Under the pieces are notes generated by a model. The model was not told the origin of the DNA. It saw only the letters and a list, made by a program, of their open reading frames with translations, and did no database searches. 32,505 nt of DNA from a virus (taxonomy: Duplodnaviria; Caudoviricetes). Shown here one piece after another: positions 1 to 6,764 of the stretch (positions are counted from its first letter, which is position 1; every line of letters begins with the position of its first letter). Made by a program: the position numbers and the translations under genes. Where the stretch lies: the IMG/VR virus record IMGVR_UViG_3300020192_000049, positions 1-32,505 of that record. One strand, written 5' to 3'.

Positions 1-4
1 CGAA

Positions 5-325
5 ATGACCACGAACACGACTGAACTCGAACGCGCAGCGGCGACCGACTACGCCATCATGCTGACGCGCATGCGGGCACAGGGCAGGGGCGCGTCTCCT
101 GTCGAAGTGCAGCAAATCGTAGAATGGTTCGGGCCATCCTGGGCTGCGGAGTGTGCGTCAAGCGCGGCAAAGACAGCCAAAGAACTGCGGGTAGCGTATG
201 AGGAAAAAAGAAACGCACGGGATGCGCAGGCTCGCGAGGATTGGCTAGAGCGGGATGCAAAATGGAAAGCGCGACTGGCACAGCTGGAGCTGGCAAAGCA
301 GGCAGCGAAGGCGGCGCAGTCATGA
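5..325 (+). CDS. Hypothetical helical phage protein (106 aa)
   Basis: ORF whose stop overlaps the next ATG (ATGA at 322-325). It starts MTTNT like 525..743, and its C-terminus is coiled-coil-like. Confidence 0.7.
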   Translation: MTTNTTELERAAATDYAIMLTRMRAQGRGASPVEVQQIVEWFGPSWAAECASSAAKTAKELRVAYEEKRNARDAQAREDWLERDAKWKARLAQLELAKQAAKAAQS

Positions 326-528
326 ACACAAAAGCCATCGACAAGCTGCGGGCCGCAATGGCTGCTAAAGAGGCGGCATCGGCTGCTAAAGCGTGGCGAG
401 AAGCCACTGAGGCGGTAACAGCAGCTGATGCGGTAGTGACTAAAGCCCAAGCCGAGGCCGCCATAGCCCGCGACGCTGCGTATGCAGCCTGGCGCAGGTA
501 CGAAATTTTGACGGCGGTGTCAACGTGA
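322..528 (+). CDS. Small Ala-rich helical protein, divergent member of the ELRAEW family (68 aa)
   Basis: ATG at 322 overlaps the upstream stop. MNTKAIDKLRAAM...AYAAWRRY loosely matches the family pattern. Confidence 0.7.
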   Translation: MNTKAIDKLRAAMAAKEAASAAKAWREATEAVTAADAVVTKAQAEAAIARDAAYAAWRRYEILTAVST

Positions 529-743
529 CAACGAACACGGTGGCTGTATTGAGGGCGAAATGGGATGCGGCGGCATCGTTGTTAGTGGCGGCGGCAGTAA
601 GGGTTAAAGAGGCGGGACTAAAAGTTAAGGCGGCGGATATCGAATTGCGCGAAGCGCGCGTGGCGCACGACGCGGTCTGGCAGGCGGCGGATGAGGCAAT
701 GGCAAATTACGTGGACGCACAGCTAAAGGAACGGCAGTCATGA
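525..743 (+). CDS. ELRAEW-family small helical protein (72 aa)
   Basis: GTGA overlap with the previous gene; VLRAKWDAA...YVDAQLKERQS. Confidence 0.8.
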   Translation: MTTNTVAVLRAKWDAAASLLVAAAVRVKEAGLKVKAADIELREARVAHDAVWQAADEAMANYVDAQLKERQS

Positions 744-946
744 CCAAGACACCGGAAGAGCTGCACGCCGAATGGGAAGCCTCGGTCAATGCACTGCGGG
801 ATGAGTGGGACGTGGCAGATCGTGCGTGCGATACGGCATTGGCGGCCGAGTCTGCGGCGCACAATACGGCAATGGCGGCCGAGAATGCGGCGAATGCTGC
901 GTGGGCGGCGTACCAAGCCGCTCTGAAAAAGGAACAGCAGTCATGA
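740..946 (+). CDS. ELRAEW-family small helical protein (68 aa)
   Basis: AAGGA SD and ATGA overlap; MTKTPEELHAEW...AWAAYQAALKKEQQS. Confidence 0.85.
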   Translation: MTKTPEELHAEWEASVNALRDEWDVADRACDTALAAESAAHNTAMAAENAANAAWAAYQAALKKEQQS

Positions 947-1119
947 GCAAGACGAAAGAGGAATTGAGGGCGGAGTGGGACGCGGCGGATAACGCGCTGA
1001 CGGCGGCGGTGAAGGCCAAGCACCTTTCTTGGGGAGATGCGAGGGACGCGGCGGTGAAGGCGGAGAACGTGGCTTGGGACGCGTACCTGGACGCACAGCT
1101 AAAGGAACGGCAGTCGTGA
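943..1119 (+). CDS. ELRAEW-family small helical protein (58 aa)
   Basis: True start is probably the ATG at 943 (SD AAGGA, ATGA overlap); MSKTKEELRAEWDAA...AWDAYLDAQLKERQS. Confidence 0.85.
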   Translation: MSKTKEELRAEWDAADNALTAAVKAKHLSWGDARDAAVKAENVAWDAYLDAQLKERQS

Positions 1120-1355
1120 CAACCAAGGCTGAATTGATCGCCAACCTGATCGGCCTGCAGCGACGGCTTGGCGAGTTGCTGCCACCTATTTACAGGTGCG
1201 CGGATTGCGAGCGCACGACGACAACACCCAGCGAGACTGACTGCAGCGAGCTGGCGAGTGACTACCACGAAACGGGCATGCTGATTCGCAGCCGCGCCGG
1301 GTATATCTGCCCGCACTGTTTCAGCAGCGCATTGACGAGGGAGCAGCAGTCATGA
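1116..1355 (+). CDS. Putative Zn-ribbon protein (79 aa)
   Basis: GTG at 1116 overlaps the upstream stop. Has two Cys pairs (CADC, CPHC) and ends with the family-like tail SALTREQQS. Confidence 0.7.
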   Translation: MTTKAELIANLIGLQRRLGELLPPIYRCADCERTTTTPSETDCSELASDYHETGMLIRSRAGYICPHCFSSALTREQQS

Positions 1356-1552
1356 GCAAGGCGGTAGAGGAATTGCGGGCGGAGTGGCTCGCGGCGAACG
1401 CTACGGTGGTGGCGAGACAGGCGGAGTGGGATGTGCCCACGATGATGCGCTGGCTGCTGACCGGCTCGGTCGATCATCAGACGGTCCAAGAAGCTCTGCG
1501 CGCTGAAAACGAGCAGGTGCAGGCCGCACTGAAAAAGGAACAGCAGCCATGA
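1352..1552 (+). CDS. ELRAEW-family protein with an unrelated middle segment (66 aa)
   Basis: MSKAVEELRAEWLAANATVV...AALKKEQQP. The first 85 nt are 77/85 identical to 5959..6043. Confidence 0.8.
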   Translation: MSKAVEELRAEWLAANATVVARQAEWDVPTMMRWLLTGSVDHQTVQEALRAENEQVQAALKKEQQP

Positions 1553-1713
1553 GTGAAAACAGACTTACAGTGATTGAGGATTATTTAGTACTCGTGCTTA
1601 ACAAAACGATGGGTGAGGCAATGGGTGAAAATATGGTGCAGTGCTTTCGCGATGCCCTGCTTGAAGCCGAGAAGCTGGACGCCCACGAAGCGCTCAGGGC
1701 GTGCGGCAAATGA
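1549..1713 (+). CDS. Hypothetical protein (54 aa; below the ORF-track cutoff)
   Basis: Translated by hand as MSENRLTVIEDYLVLVLNKTMGEAMGENMVQCFRDALLEAEKLDAHEALRACGK. Has ATGA overlaps at both ends and an AAGGA SD. Confidence 0.7.
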   Translation: MSENRLTVIEDYLVLVLNKTMGEAMGENMVQCFRDALLEAEKLDAHEALRACGK

Positions 1714-1829
1714 CCACGGCATCCAACGAACTGCGGGCGGAGTGGCTCGCGGCGTGCGCGGTGGTCAACAAAGCGTGGAACGCTATGCACGACGCGACGG
1801 TCCAGACGGCGGATCAGGTAAATGATTGA
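1710..1829 (+). CDS. Short or truncated ELRAEW-family protein (39 aa)
   Basis: MTTASNELRAEWLAACAVVNKAWNAMHDATVQTADQVND. Shares TGCGGGCGGAGTGGCTCGCGGCG with 1352..1552. Confidence 0.6.
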   Translation: MTTASNELRAEWLAACAVVNKAWNAMHDATVQTADQVND

Positions 1830-1851
1830 ATCACACAACGAGGGAAACACG

Positions 1852-2034
1852 ATGAAGACGATTCTGTTGATCGCGATGACACTGGCCGCAGGCACAGCCT
1901 ACGCAGGCACGGCCTTCCTCCAGTACGAGCGCGAGACGGGCATGACCAAGCAGTGCGTATACGACTATCTCGGCGACGAGTACACGATCACGATCAACGT
2001 GGTGAAGCTGTGCCCGCTGACGATCCGGGTTTAA
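1852..2034 (+). CDS. Small secreted protein (60 aa)
   Basis: SD GAGG, then MKTILLIAMTLAAGTAYA|G, a Sec signal with an AxA site. The mature part has two Cys. Confidence 0.7.
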   Translation: MKTILLIAMTLAAGTAYAGTAFLQYERETGMTKQCVYDYLGDEYTITINVVKLCPLTIRV

Positions 2035-2045
2035 GGAGCACAAAC

Positions 2046-2768
2046 ATGAAATCAGCTATATTTGCAATACTGGCGTCGGCCCCGTTGGCAGCGTTTGCTG
2101 TCAGCCCTGCCCCTGCCACCTACGTAAAAAGCCACGCGAACTCGCAGTCGGCTGCGGTGTCGGTTGCGGCTGCGGCTGCCGAAGCGGCTGCCGAAGCGGC
2201 TGCCGAAGCGGCTGCACTGGCAGCAAGCAACTCGAGCGCGACCGGCGGCGCTGGCGGCAACTCGAACGCGAACGCGACCGGCGGCGCTGGTGGTGTCGGC
2301 GGTTCGGTGTCAGGAGTCTCCGCTGCCGGTGGCAATGCGGACGGCGGGGATTCCGCTGCGGTAGCGAACAACCAAATTATGATCGAGGGCGACCGGCAGA
2401 TCCGCCAAGCCCCAGCCATCGGCCAGGGCTCATTCGCGATTCAAGGTTGCGGCGTCGCGGGCAACGCGGGTGGATCGTCTGCCGGCGGCGCGGCGTTCTT
2501 GGGCGTCGGGTTTACGTCGGCACAGTGCTACGATTTTATGCTCGCGCAGGCGTTCGCGTCGGTCGGCGAGCAGCAAGCCGCGTGCGCTGTGCTGAACGTG
2601 TCCAAGGCGGGCCGGAGAGCCGCAAAACGGGGCGTAGTACTGCCGACGTGTACGCCGGTCGCGCCTGTCGTGCTGGCTGCCCCGGTGCCAGACATGTCGG
2701 CTTACGTGACCCGTGACGAACTAGCTGAGCGAGAGCGCCGGCAGTTGCAGCGCCGACTGTCGAAGTAG
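2046..2768 (+). CDS. Secreted Ala/Gly-rich protein (240 aa)
   Basis: SD AAGGAG before the ATG at 2046. Signal MKSAIFAILASAPLAAFA|V, then a low-complexity A/G/S segment and a domain with 4 Cys. Confidence 0.75.
   Translation: MKSAIFAILASAPLAAFAVSPAPATYVKSHANSQSAAVSVAAAAAEAAAEAAAEAAALAASNSSATGGAGGNSNANATGGAGGVGGSVSGVSAAGGNADGGDSAAVANNQIMIEGDRQIRQAPAIGQGSFAIQGCGVAGNAGGSSAGGAAFLGVGFTSAQCYDFMLAQAFASVGEQQAACAVLNVSKAGRRAAKRGVVLPTCTPVAPVVLAAPVPDMSAYVTRDELAERERRQLQRRLSK
2172..2215 (+). repeat. In-frame 12 bp tandem repeat (GCGGCTGCCGAA x ~3.7), encoding AAAE
   Basis: Read directly from the sequence. Confidence 0.9.
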
Positions 2769-2779
2769 GAGCCCAGGAC

Positions 2780-2926
2780 ATGAGTAAGACGACAGAGGAA
2801 TTGCGGGCGGAGTTGGAAGCGACATACGCGGCGGGACAGGCGGCAGCGGAGGTGGCGGTCAAGGCGGAGATCGCAGCGTGGAACGAGTGTCAAGCCGCAC
2901 TATACGCAAAGGAGCGCGACAAATGA
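2780..2926 (+). CDS. ELRAEW-family small helical protein (48 aa)
   Basis: Translated by hand as MSKTTEELRAELEATYAAGQAAAEVAVKAEIAAWNECQAALYAKERDK. Has an AGGAG SD upstream. Confidence 0.75.
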   Translation: MSKTTEELRAELEATYAAGQAAAEVAVKAEIAAWNECQAALYAKERDK

Positions 2927-3033
2927 CGCCGATAATTGAATCGAACTGGGCTGTGCTGGCGTTGCTGCTGGGAGCAATCGCGATCATGGCGCTGTGTTGC
3001 ATGTGGTTGGAACGTGACGAGGACGAATCATGA
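2923..3033 (+). CDS. Single-pass small membrane protein (36 aa)
   Basis: MTPIIESNWAVLALLLGAIAIMALCCMWLERDEDES. SD AAGGAG, with ATGA overlaps on both sides. Confidence 0.6.
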   Translation: MTPIIESNWAVLALLLGAIAIMALCCMWLERDEDES

Positions 3034-3392
3034 AACCTAAAAAAATACCGCGTCACATAACCCGATACGCAATATTGAACGGGGACATTATTCACTGGGT
3101 GATATTCACGAAAATACCCAGTCAACTGGGATCTCGACGCAGGAACGCGCCTGCAGTGTGGGAGCTTTACACGACTGAGGACGGGCAGGAGTGGCGCTGG
3201 CGACTGTGGGCGGGCAACGGTCGGATCATCGGCAGCGCGTCAGAAGGCTACGCGCGCCGGGCGGATATGCAGCGAAATGCCGCCCGCATGGGTTGCCCTG
3301 TCTCCGTCCACAGCTCACGGCTGCCGCTGATTAGTGTCTCGCCTATCAAGTGGCAGTGGGCATCACTCAGCGCGATTGAGATATCACGATGA
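3030..3392 (+). CDS. YegP/DUF1508-domain protein
   Basis: WELYTTEDGQEWRWRLWAGNGRIIGSASEGYARRADMQR matches the YegP/DUF1508 motif (W-R-W-R-L..NG.II..SEGY). Confidence 0.75.
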   Translation: MKPKKIPRHITRYAILNGDIIHWVIFTKIPSQLGSRRRNAPAVWELYTTEDGQEWRWRLWAGNGRIIGSASEGYARRADMQRNAARMGCPVSVHSSRLPLISVSPIKWQWASLSAIEISR

Positions 3393-3619
3393 GCCGCGAC
3401 TATTTCCAGCGTGACTTCGCGACTGTTGACTACGCCCCCGAGCCTAACTATGTCGTCGATGAAAGCGCGAACCATGCCGAGCAGGTGTGGCTGATCGCCC
3501 GTGAAGCGATCGCGCAACGTGTGCGCGTGAGACGGCTTGAGGCTGACTTGCTTACGGCCAGGTCACACCTGACGACTCTTAAAGATCAGCTTACGAAACT
3601 TGAGGAAAACTTGAAATGA
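3389..3619 (+). CDS. Hypothetical coiled-coil protein (76 aa)
   Basis: ATGA overlaps; Leu-heptad C-terminus. Confidence 0.7.
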   Translation: MSRDYFQRDFATVDYAPEPNYVVDESANHAEQVWLIAREAIAQRVRVRRLEADLLTARSHLTTLKDQLTKLEENLK

Positions 3620-3717
3620 AACGATTTAGAAAATGGCTTAAACGACTGCTTGCCGATAACGGCCGACTGCCGGTGCCGAATTGGCGGACCAGTCGTGGTG
3701 GGCGCGATTATTTTTGA
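3616..3717 (+). CDS. Small basic peptide (33 aa)
   Basis: MKRFRKWLKRLLADNGRLPVPNWRTSRGGRDYF. GAGG SD and ATGA overlap; fills the gap to the next gene. Confidence 0.5.
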   Translation: MKRFRKWLKRLLADNGRLPVPNWRTSRGGRDYF

Positions 3718-3738
3718 CTAGTAACGAAGGAGAATGAC

Positions 3739-4374
3739 ATGGCGATTTATGCATCAGACACGGGCGGTAAGGACTTCAAGAAAGTCCCGCCGGGCTGCCA
3801 TTTTGCGATTTGCAATATGGTGGTTGATTTGGGTGTGCAGCGTAGTGAATTCCAGGGCCAGGTTAAATCTCAGCACAAGGTTTATTTGCGCTGGGAAGTG
3901 CCGGACGAACGGATCACCTACGAAAAGGACGGCAAAGAAACTGAAGGGCCGTGCTCGATTGGCTCGACCTACACGCTATCGCTACACGAAAAGGCGAAGC
4001 TGCGACAGGTGTTGGAGAACTGGCGCGGCAAGCCCTTTACTGCCGACGAACTCAAGGGCTTTGATATCTCAAGCGTGGCCGGCAAATGCTGCCAGCTGAT
4101 GGTCACACACACTGAGGGCGAAGGTAAAACCTACGCCAACATTACCGGCGTCATCGGGTTGTCGAAAGAGCAACGCGCGAAAGCGTCGGTGGCGAAATCC
4201 GAAGTGGGCGTGTTGCTATACAGTCTTGATGATCCTGATGCTGACACATTCGAGCAGCTGCCGAAATGGATCAAGGAAAAGCTGCAGGAACGTGTGAGCG
4301 CTCAGTCGGTAAAGACTGCAAATTCTGTTGCACCAGCCGGCGATGCGGATTTTGACGACGACATTCCATTCTGA
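3739..4374 (+). CDS. Phage ssDNA-binding-type replication/recombination protein (NGO0469-like)
   Basis: SD AAGGAG. N-terminus GGKDFKKVPPGCHFAIC..VVDLG, and the acidic tail DFDDDIPF typical of SSBs. Confidence 0.7.
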   Translation: MAIYASDTGGKDFKKVPPGCHFAICNMVVDLGVQRSEFQGQVKSQHKVYLRWEVPDERITYEKDGKETEGPCSIGSTYTLSLHEKAKLRQVLENWRGKPFTADELKGFDISSVAGKCCQLMVTHTEGEGKTYANITGVIGLSKEQRAKASVAKSEVGVLLYSLDDPDADTFEQLPKWIKEKLQERVSAQSVKTANSVAPAGDADFDDDIPF

Positions 4375-4381
4375 GAAACCA

Positions 4382-5062
4382 GTGGCATTTTTATACCTAG
4401 ACATTGAAACACTCCCACCGCAATCCGGTGGGCATTTCGACCGCATCCTGGCGAACATAAAGCCGCCCGGTCAGTACAAAAAGGAGGACTCCATCAAAGC
4501 GTGGATGGCTGAAAACGCCACCGCTGCTGCACACGAGGAACACGCCAAACTGGCGTTGAATGGGCTTTACGGCGAGGTGTGCGCCATTGGCTGGGCGATT
4601 GATGATGGCGACATTTTCTGTCTGCCACCGCTGGAGGGTCGCAGCGAGTCGACATTGATACAAGAAACATTCGCAACCATCGTCAAGGCCAGCTTACCGC
4701 GCAGTGGGACAATAGATGGTGACCTGATCTGTGTGGGTCACAACATCAACTTTGATTTGCAGTTTCTGTTTCAACGGGCAGTCAGGCACGGGGTTAGGTT
4801 GCCGCGATACATGGCTGCTGCGGTAGATTTCAAAACGGAACGCTACCGATCGCTGGACACGATGCGCATGTGGGCGGGATACAAGGGCTTTGTGAAGTTG
4901 AAGGATTTAAGCCGCGAATTGCTGGGCGACCTGAATGAGGATATAGACGGCTCACAGGTAGCCGAAGCCTGGGCGAGCGACCCGCTTAAAGTCGTCGAAC
5001 ACTGCAAGGCTGACGTGATGCGGGTGCGTGAGATCCACAAGCGATTCATCGCGGTGCTTTGA
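4382..5062 (+). CDS. DnaQ/PolB-type 3'-5' exonuclease
   Basis: ExoI LDIET, ExoII GHNINFDL, ExoIII HCKADV. The start is probably the GTG at 4382. Confidence 0.85.
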   Translation: MAFLYLDIETLPPQSGGHFDRILANIKPPGQYKKEDSIKAWMAENATAAAHEEHAKLALNGLYGEVCAIGWAIDDGDIFCLPPLEGRSESTLIQETFATIVKASLPRSGTIDGDLICVGHNINFDLQFLFQRAVRHGVRLPRYMAAAVDFKTERYRSLDTMRMWAGYKGFVKLKDLSRELLGDLNEDIDGSQVAEAWASDPLKVVEHCKADVMRVREIHKRFIAVL

Positions 5063-5490
5063 TGCGCGTCTATCTCAAGCGCACGTTGACCGGGTTTGTG
5101 CCAGATGATGAAGCCAGCACAGAAGCCGTGCGCGGGTATCGCTTGGGGGAAGTTTACAAGGCCGACATTGTTAAGCCTCGCAACTACCAGCACCACAAGC
5201 TCGCTTTTGCGCTGCTGGGCCTGACCTATCAAAATCAGGATCGGTACGGCAACTTCGAGGATTTCCGCAAAGCTGTGGCACTGGCTGCCGGGCACAGCAC
5301 CGAGCTTGTCGGGCTTGACGGTGAAATTGTGCGATTGCCGGCCAGCCTTTCTTATGACGCTTTAGATGAGATCGAATTCGGCAAGGTCATGGCCTCGATG
5401 ATGACCGTATGTGCGCACCTGCTCTTTGATATGAACGTCGATGAGCTGGCCGACCAGGTTGCGGTCTATGCCAGCCAGCGTGCAGCATGA
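5062..5490 (+). CDS. DUF1367-family (Nin-region-like) protein
   Basis: PRNYQHHKLAFALL and SLSYDALDEIEF motifs; TGATG coupling with the exonuclease gene. Confidence 0.7.
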   Translation: MRVYLKRTLTGFVPDDEASTEAVRGYRLGEVYKADIVKPRNYQHHKLAFALLGLTYQNQDRYGNFEDFRKAVALAAGHSTELVGLDGEIVRLPASLSYDALDEIEFGKVMASMMTVCAHLLFDMNVDELADQVAVYASQRAA

Positions 5491-5771
5491 AGTTGCGCAA
5501 TGCTGCCCGCGATCAGTCTTGCGTCGCTTGCGGTGCACAGGATGGCACGGTCGTTCTCGCGCACTACTTCGGGCCGCGTCGGCACGCTTATGGCGGCGGC
5601 ATGGGCCGTAAGGGTAACGACCTGATTGCCGCGCATTTGTGTGCACGCTGTCATTTGGAAATGGACACCAGCAGTCGGGACAAACTGAAACGCTGGGAGT
5701 GGAGCGAGCTATTTTTGCACTACTGTGCGTTGACGTTGATCAGGCTGCACAAACAGGGGGTGTTGAAGTGA
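5487..5771 (+). CDS. DUF1364/YbcO-like Zn-binding putative nuclease
   Basis: KLRNAARDQSC..C...TVVLAH, GMGRKGND and LCARCH motifs. Confidence 0.75.
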   Translation: MKLRNAARDQSCVACGAQDGTVVLAHYFGPRRHAYGGGMGRKGNDLIAAHLCARCHLEMDTSSRDKLKRWEWSELFLHYCALTLIRLHKQGVLK

Positions 5772-5962
5772 GCAAGACGGTAGAGGAACTGAGGGCGGAT
5801 TGGAGTGCGGCGCGGCGGGCAACGGGGGCGGCGGATAGTCTGGCGGCGCGGCGTCACTTTGCGCATCGCGATGCATGTGAAGATGCAGCGCTGGCGTGGT
5901 CGGCGGAGATGGATGCGCATGAAGCGTACCTAGCCGCACTGAAAAAGGAACAGCTGCTATGA
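5768..5962 (+). CDS. ELRAEW-family small helical protein (64 aa)
   Basis: GTG start in a GTGA overlap; SKTVEELRADWSAA...AHEAYLAALKKEQLL. Confidence 0.8.
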   Translation: MSKTVEELRADWSAARRATGAADSLAARRHFAHRDACEDAALAWSAEMDAHEAYLAALKKEQLL

Positions 5963-6171
5963 GCAAGACGGTAGAGGTATTGCGGTCGGAGTGGAACGCG
6001 GCGAACGCTACGGTGGCGGCGGGACAGGCGGAGTGGGAGGTGCGGGCGGCGGCTCGTGCGGCGGAGGTGGAGTTGATGGACGCGGCAACCCGTTTGGCGG
6101 AGAAGGCTGAGCGCACCGCGTGGGAGGCGTACCGCTCCGCGCTAGCGAAGGAAAAGGAAAAGCAGCCATGA
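5959..6171 (+). CDS. ELRAEW-family small helical protein (70 aa)
   Basis: MSKTVEVLRSEWNAA...AWEAYRSALAKEKEKQP. Confidence 0.85.
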   Translation: MSKTVEVLRSEWNAANATVAAGQAEWEVRAAARAAEVELMDAATRLAEKAERTAWEAYRSALAKEKEKQP

Positions 6172-6353
6172 CCGAAGCCGATCGCATCGCCGGCCTGGTC
6201 GAGCAGTACCCTAAGGGCTGCCCGCGACCGGCTGGCTATCTTGCCTTTCACTCGTGGGCTGAAGCGCAGATTGCGCAAGGCATCTATCAGTCTTGGGACG
6301 AACGCTCACAGCGCTGGGTGTTCCCGCAGGAATCAACGAAACCCGTTAACTAA
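6168..6353 (+). CDS. Hypothetical phage protein (61 aa)
   Basis: ATG at 6168 with AAGGA SD and ATGA overlap; MTEADRIAGLVEQYPKGCPRPAGYLAFHSWAE... Confidence 0.7.
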   Translation: MTEADRIAGLVEQYPKGCPRPAGYLAFHSWAEAQIAQGIYQSWDERSQRWVFPQESTKPVN

Positions 6354-6369
6354 ATCGGCATTTATGCTT

Positions 6370-6471
6370 TTTCTTTAGACAAGCATTGAGTTATTGATTG
6401 CTTATAACTAGCTGATTTATATATTAACTTAAGCGATCTATTTGGTTTCTTTAGACAAGAATTGAGTTATT
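6370..6471. repeat. 26 bp direct repeat TTTCTTTAGACAAG(C/A)ATTGAGTTATT at 6370-6395 and 6446-6471
   Basis: 25/26 identical with a 76 bp period, in the AT-rich intergenic region. Confidence 0.9.
6387..6417 (-). promoter_or_regulatory. Two IHF-like sites (6387-6399, 6405-6417)
   Basis: The reverse complements AATCAATAACTCA and AATCAGCTAGTTA are each one mismatch from WATCAANNNNTTR. Confidence 0.35.
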
Positions 6472-6515
6472 AGTTTACTCAAGCTTCGATTAGAACAGGC
6501 CGGCGCACGCGGCGA

Positions 6516-6555
6516 CCCCAAACACCTAGCCGACCCTTGAGGCTAGGTGCTGGGG
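6516..6555 (-). terminator. Stem-loop at the end of the late operon
   Basis: 9 bp perfect stem CACCTAGCC/GGCTAGGTG with outer CCCCA/TGGGG pairing, 8 nt past the last late stop. The U-tract is weak. Confidence 0.5.
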
Positions 6556-6563
6556 CGGACTTC

Positions 6564-6764
6564 TCAGCGCAAGTTCGTTTTCTGCCTCGCTATTTCGTCC
6601 TCGAGCGCCTGCCGCGCTGCGTCGTCCTTCAGTGCGAGGCCCTGCAGCTCTTCGAGCGTGATGTCCCGGCCCTCTTCTTCTGCACCTCGCAACAGCACGC
6701 TGATCTGCTGCGCTTGCTGCAATAGCTGAATGAGAAGACTTGTGGCAACCAATACATTGCTCAT
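6564..6764 (-). CDS. Small helical protein, last gene of the lysis cassette
   Basis: ATGA overlap with the lipoprotein gene; hydrophobic or amphipathic N-terminus and charged helical C-terminus. Confidence 0.75.
   Translation of the reverse strand: MSNVLVATSLLIQLLQQAQQISVLLRGAEEEGRDITLEELQGLALKDDAARQALEDEIARQKTNLR

Noticed and set aside
712-1552. Integron attC cassettes
   Set aside because: The junction repeats are coding direct repeats with no RYYYAAC...GTTRRRY inverted structure, and there is no integrase.
1352-6043. Diversity-generating retroelement TR/VR pair (1352-1436 vs 5959-6043)
   Set aside because: The mismatches are not adenine-specific in either copy (e.g. G/T, T/C, T/G), both copies lie at gene 5' ends, and there is no reverse transcriptase in the window.
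6370-6471. Mini CRISPR array
   Set aside because: There are only two repeats, the repeat is not palindromic, the 50 bp spacer is long and AT-rich, and there are no cas genes in the window.
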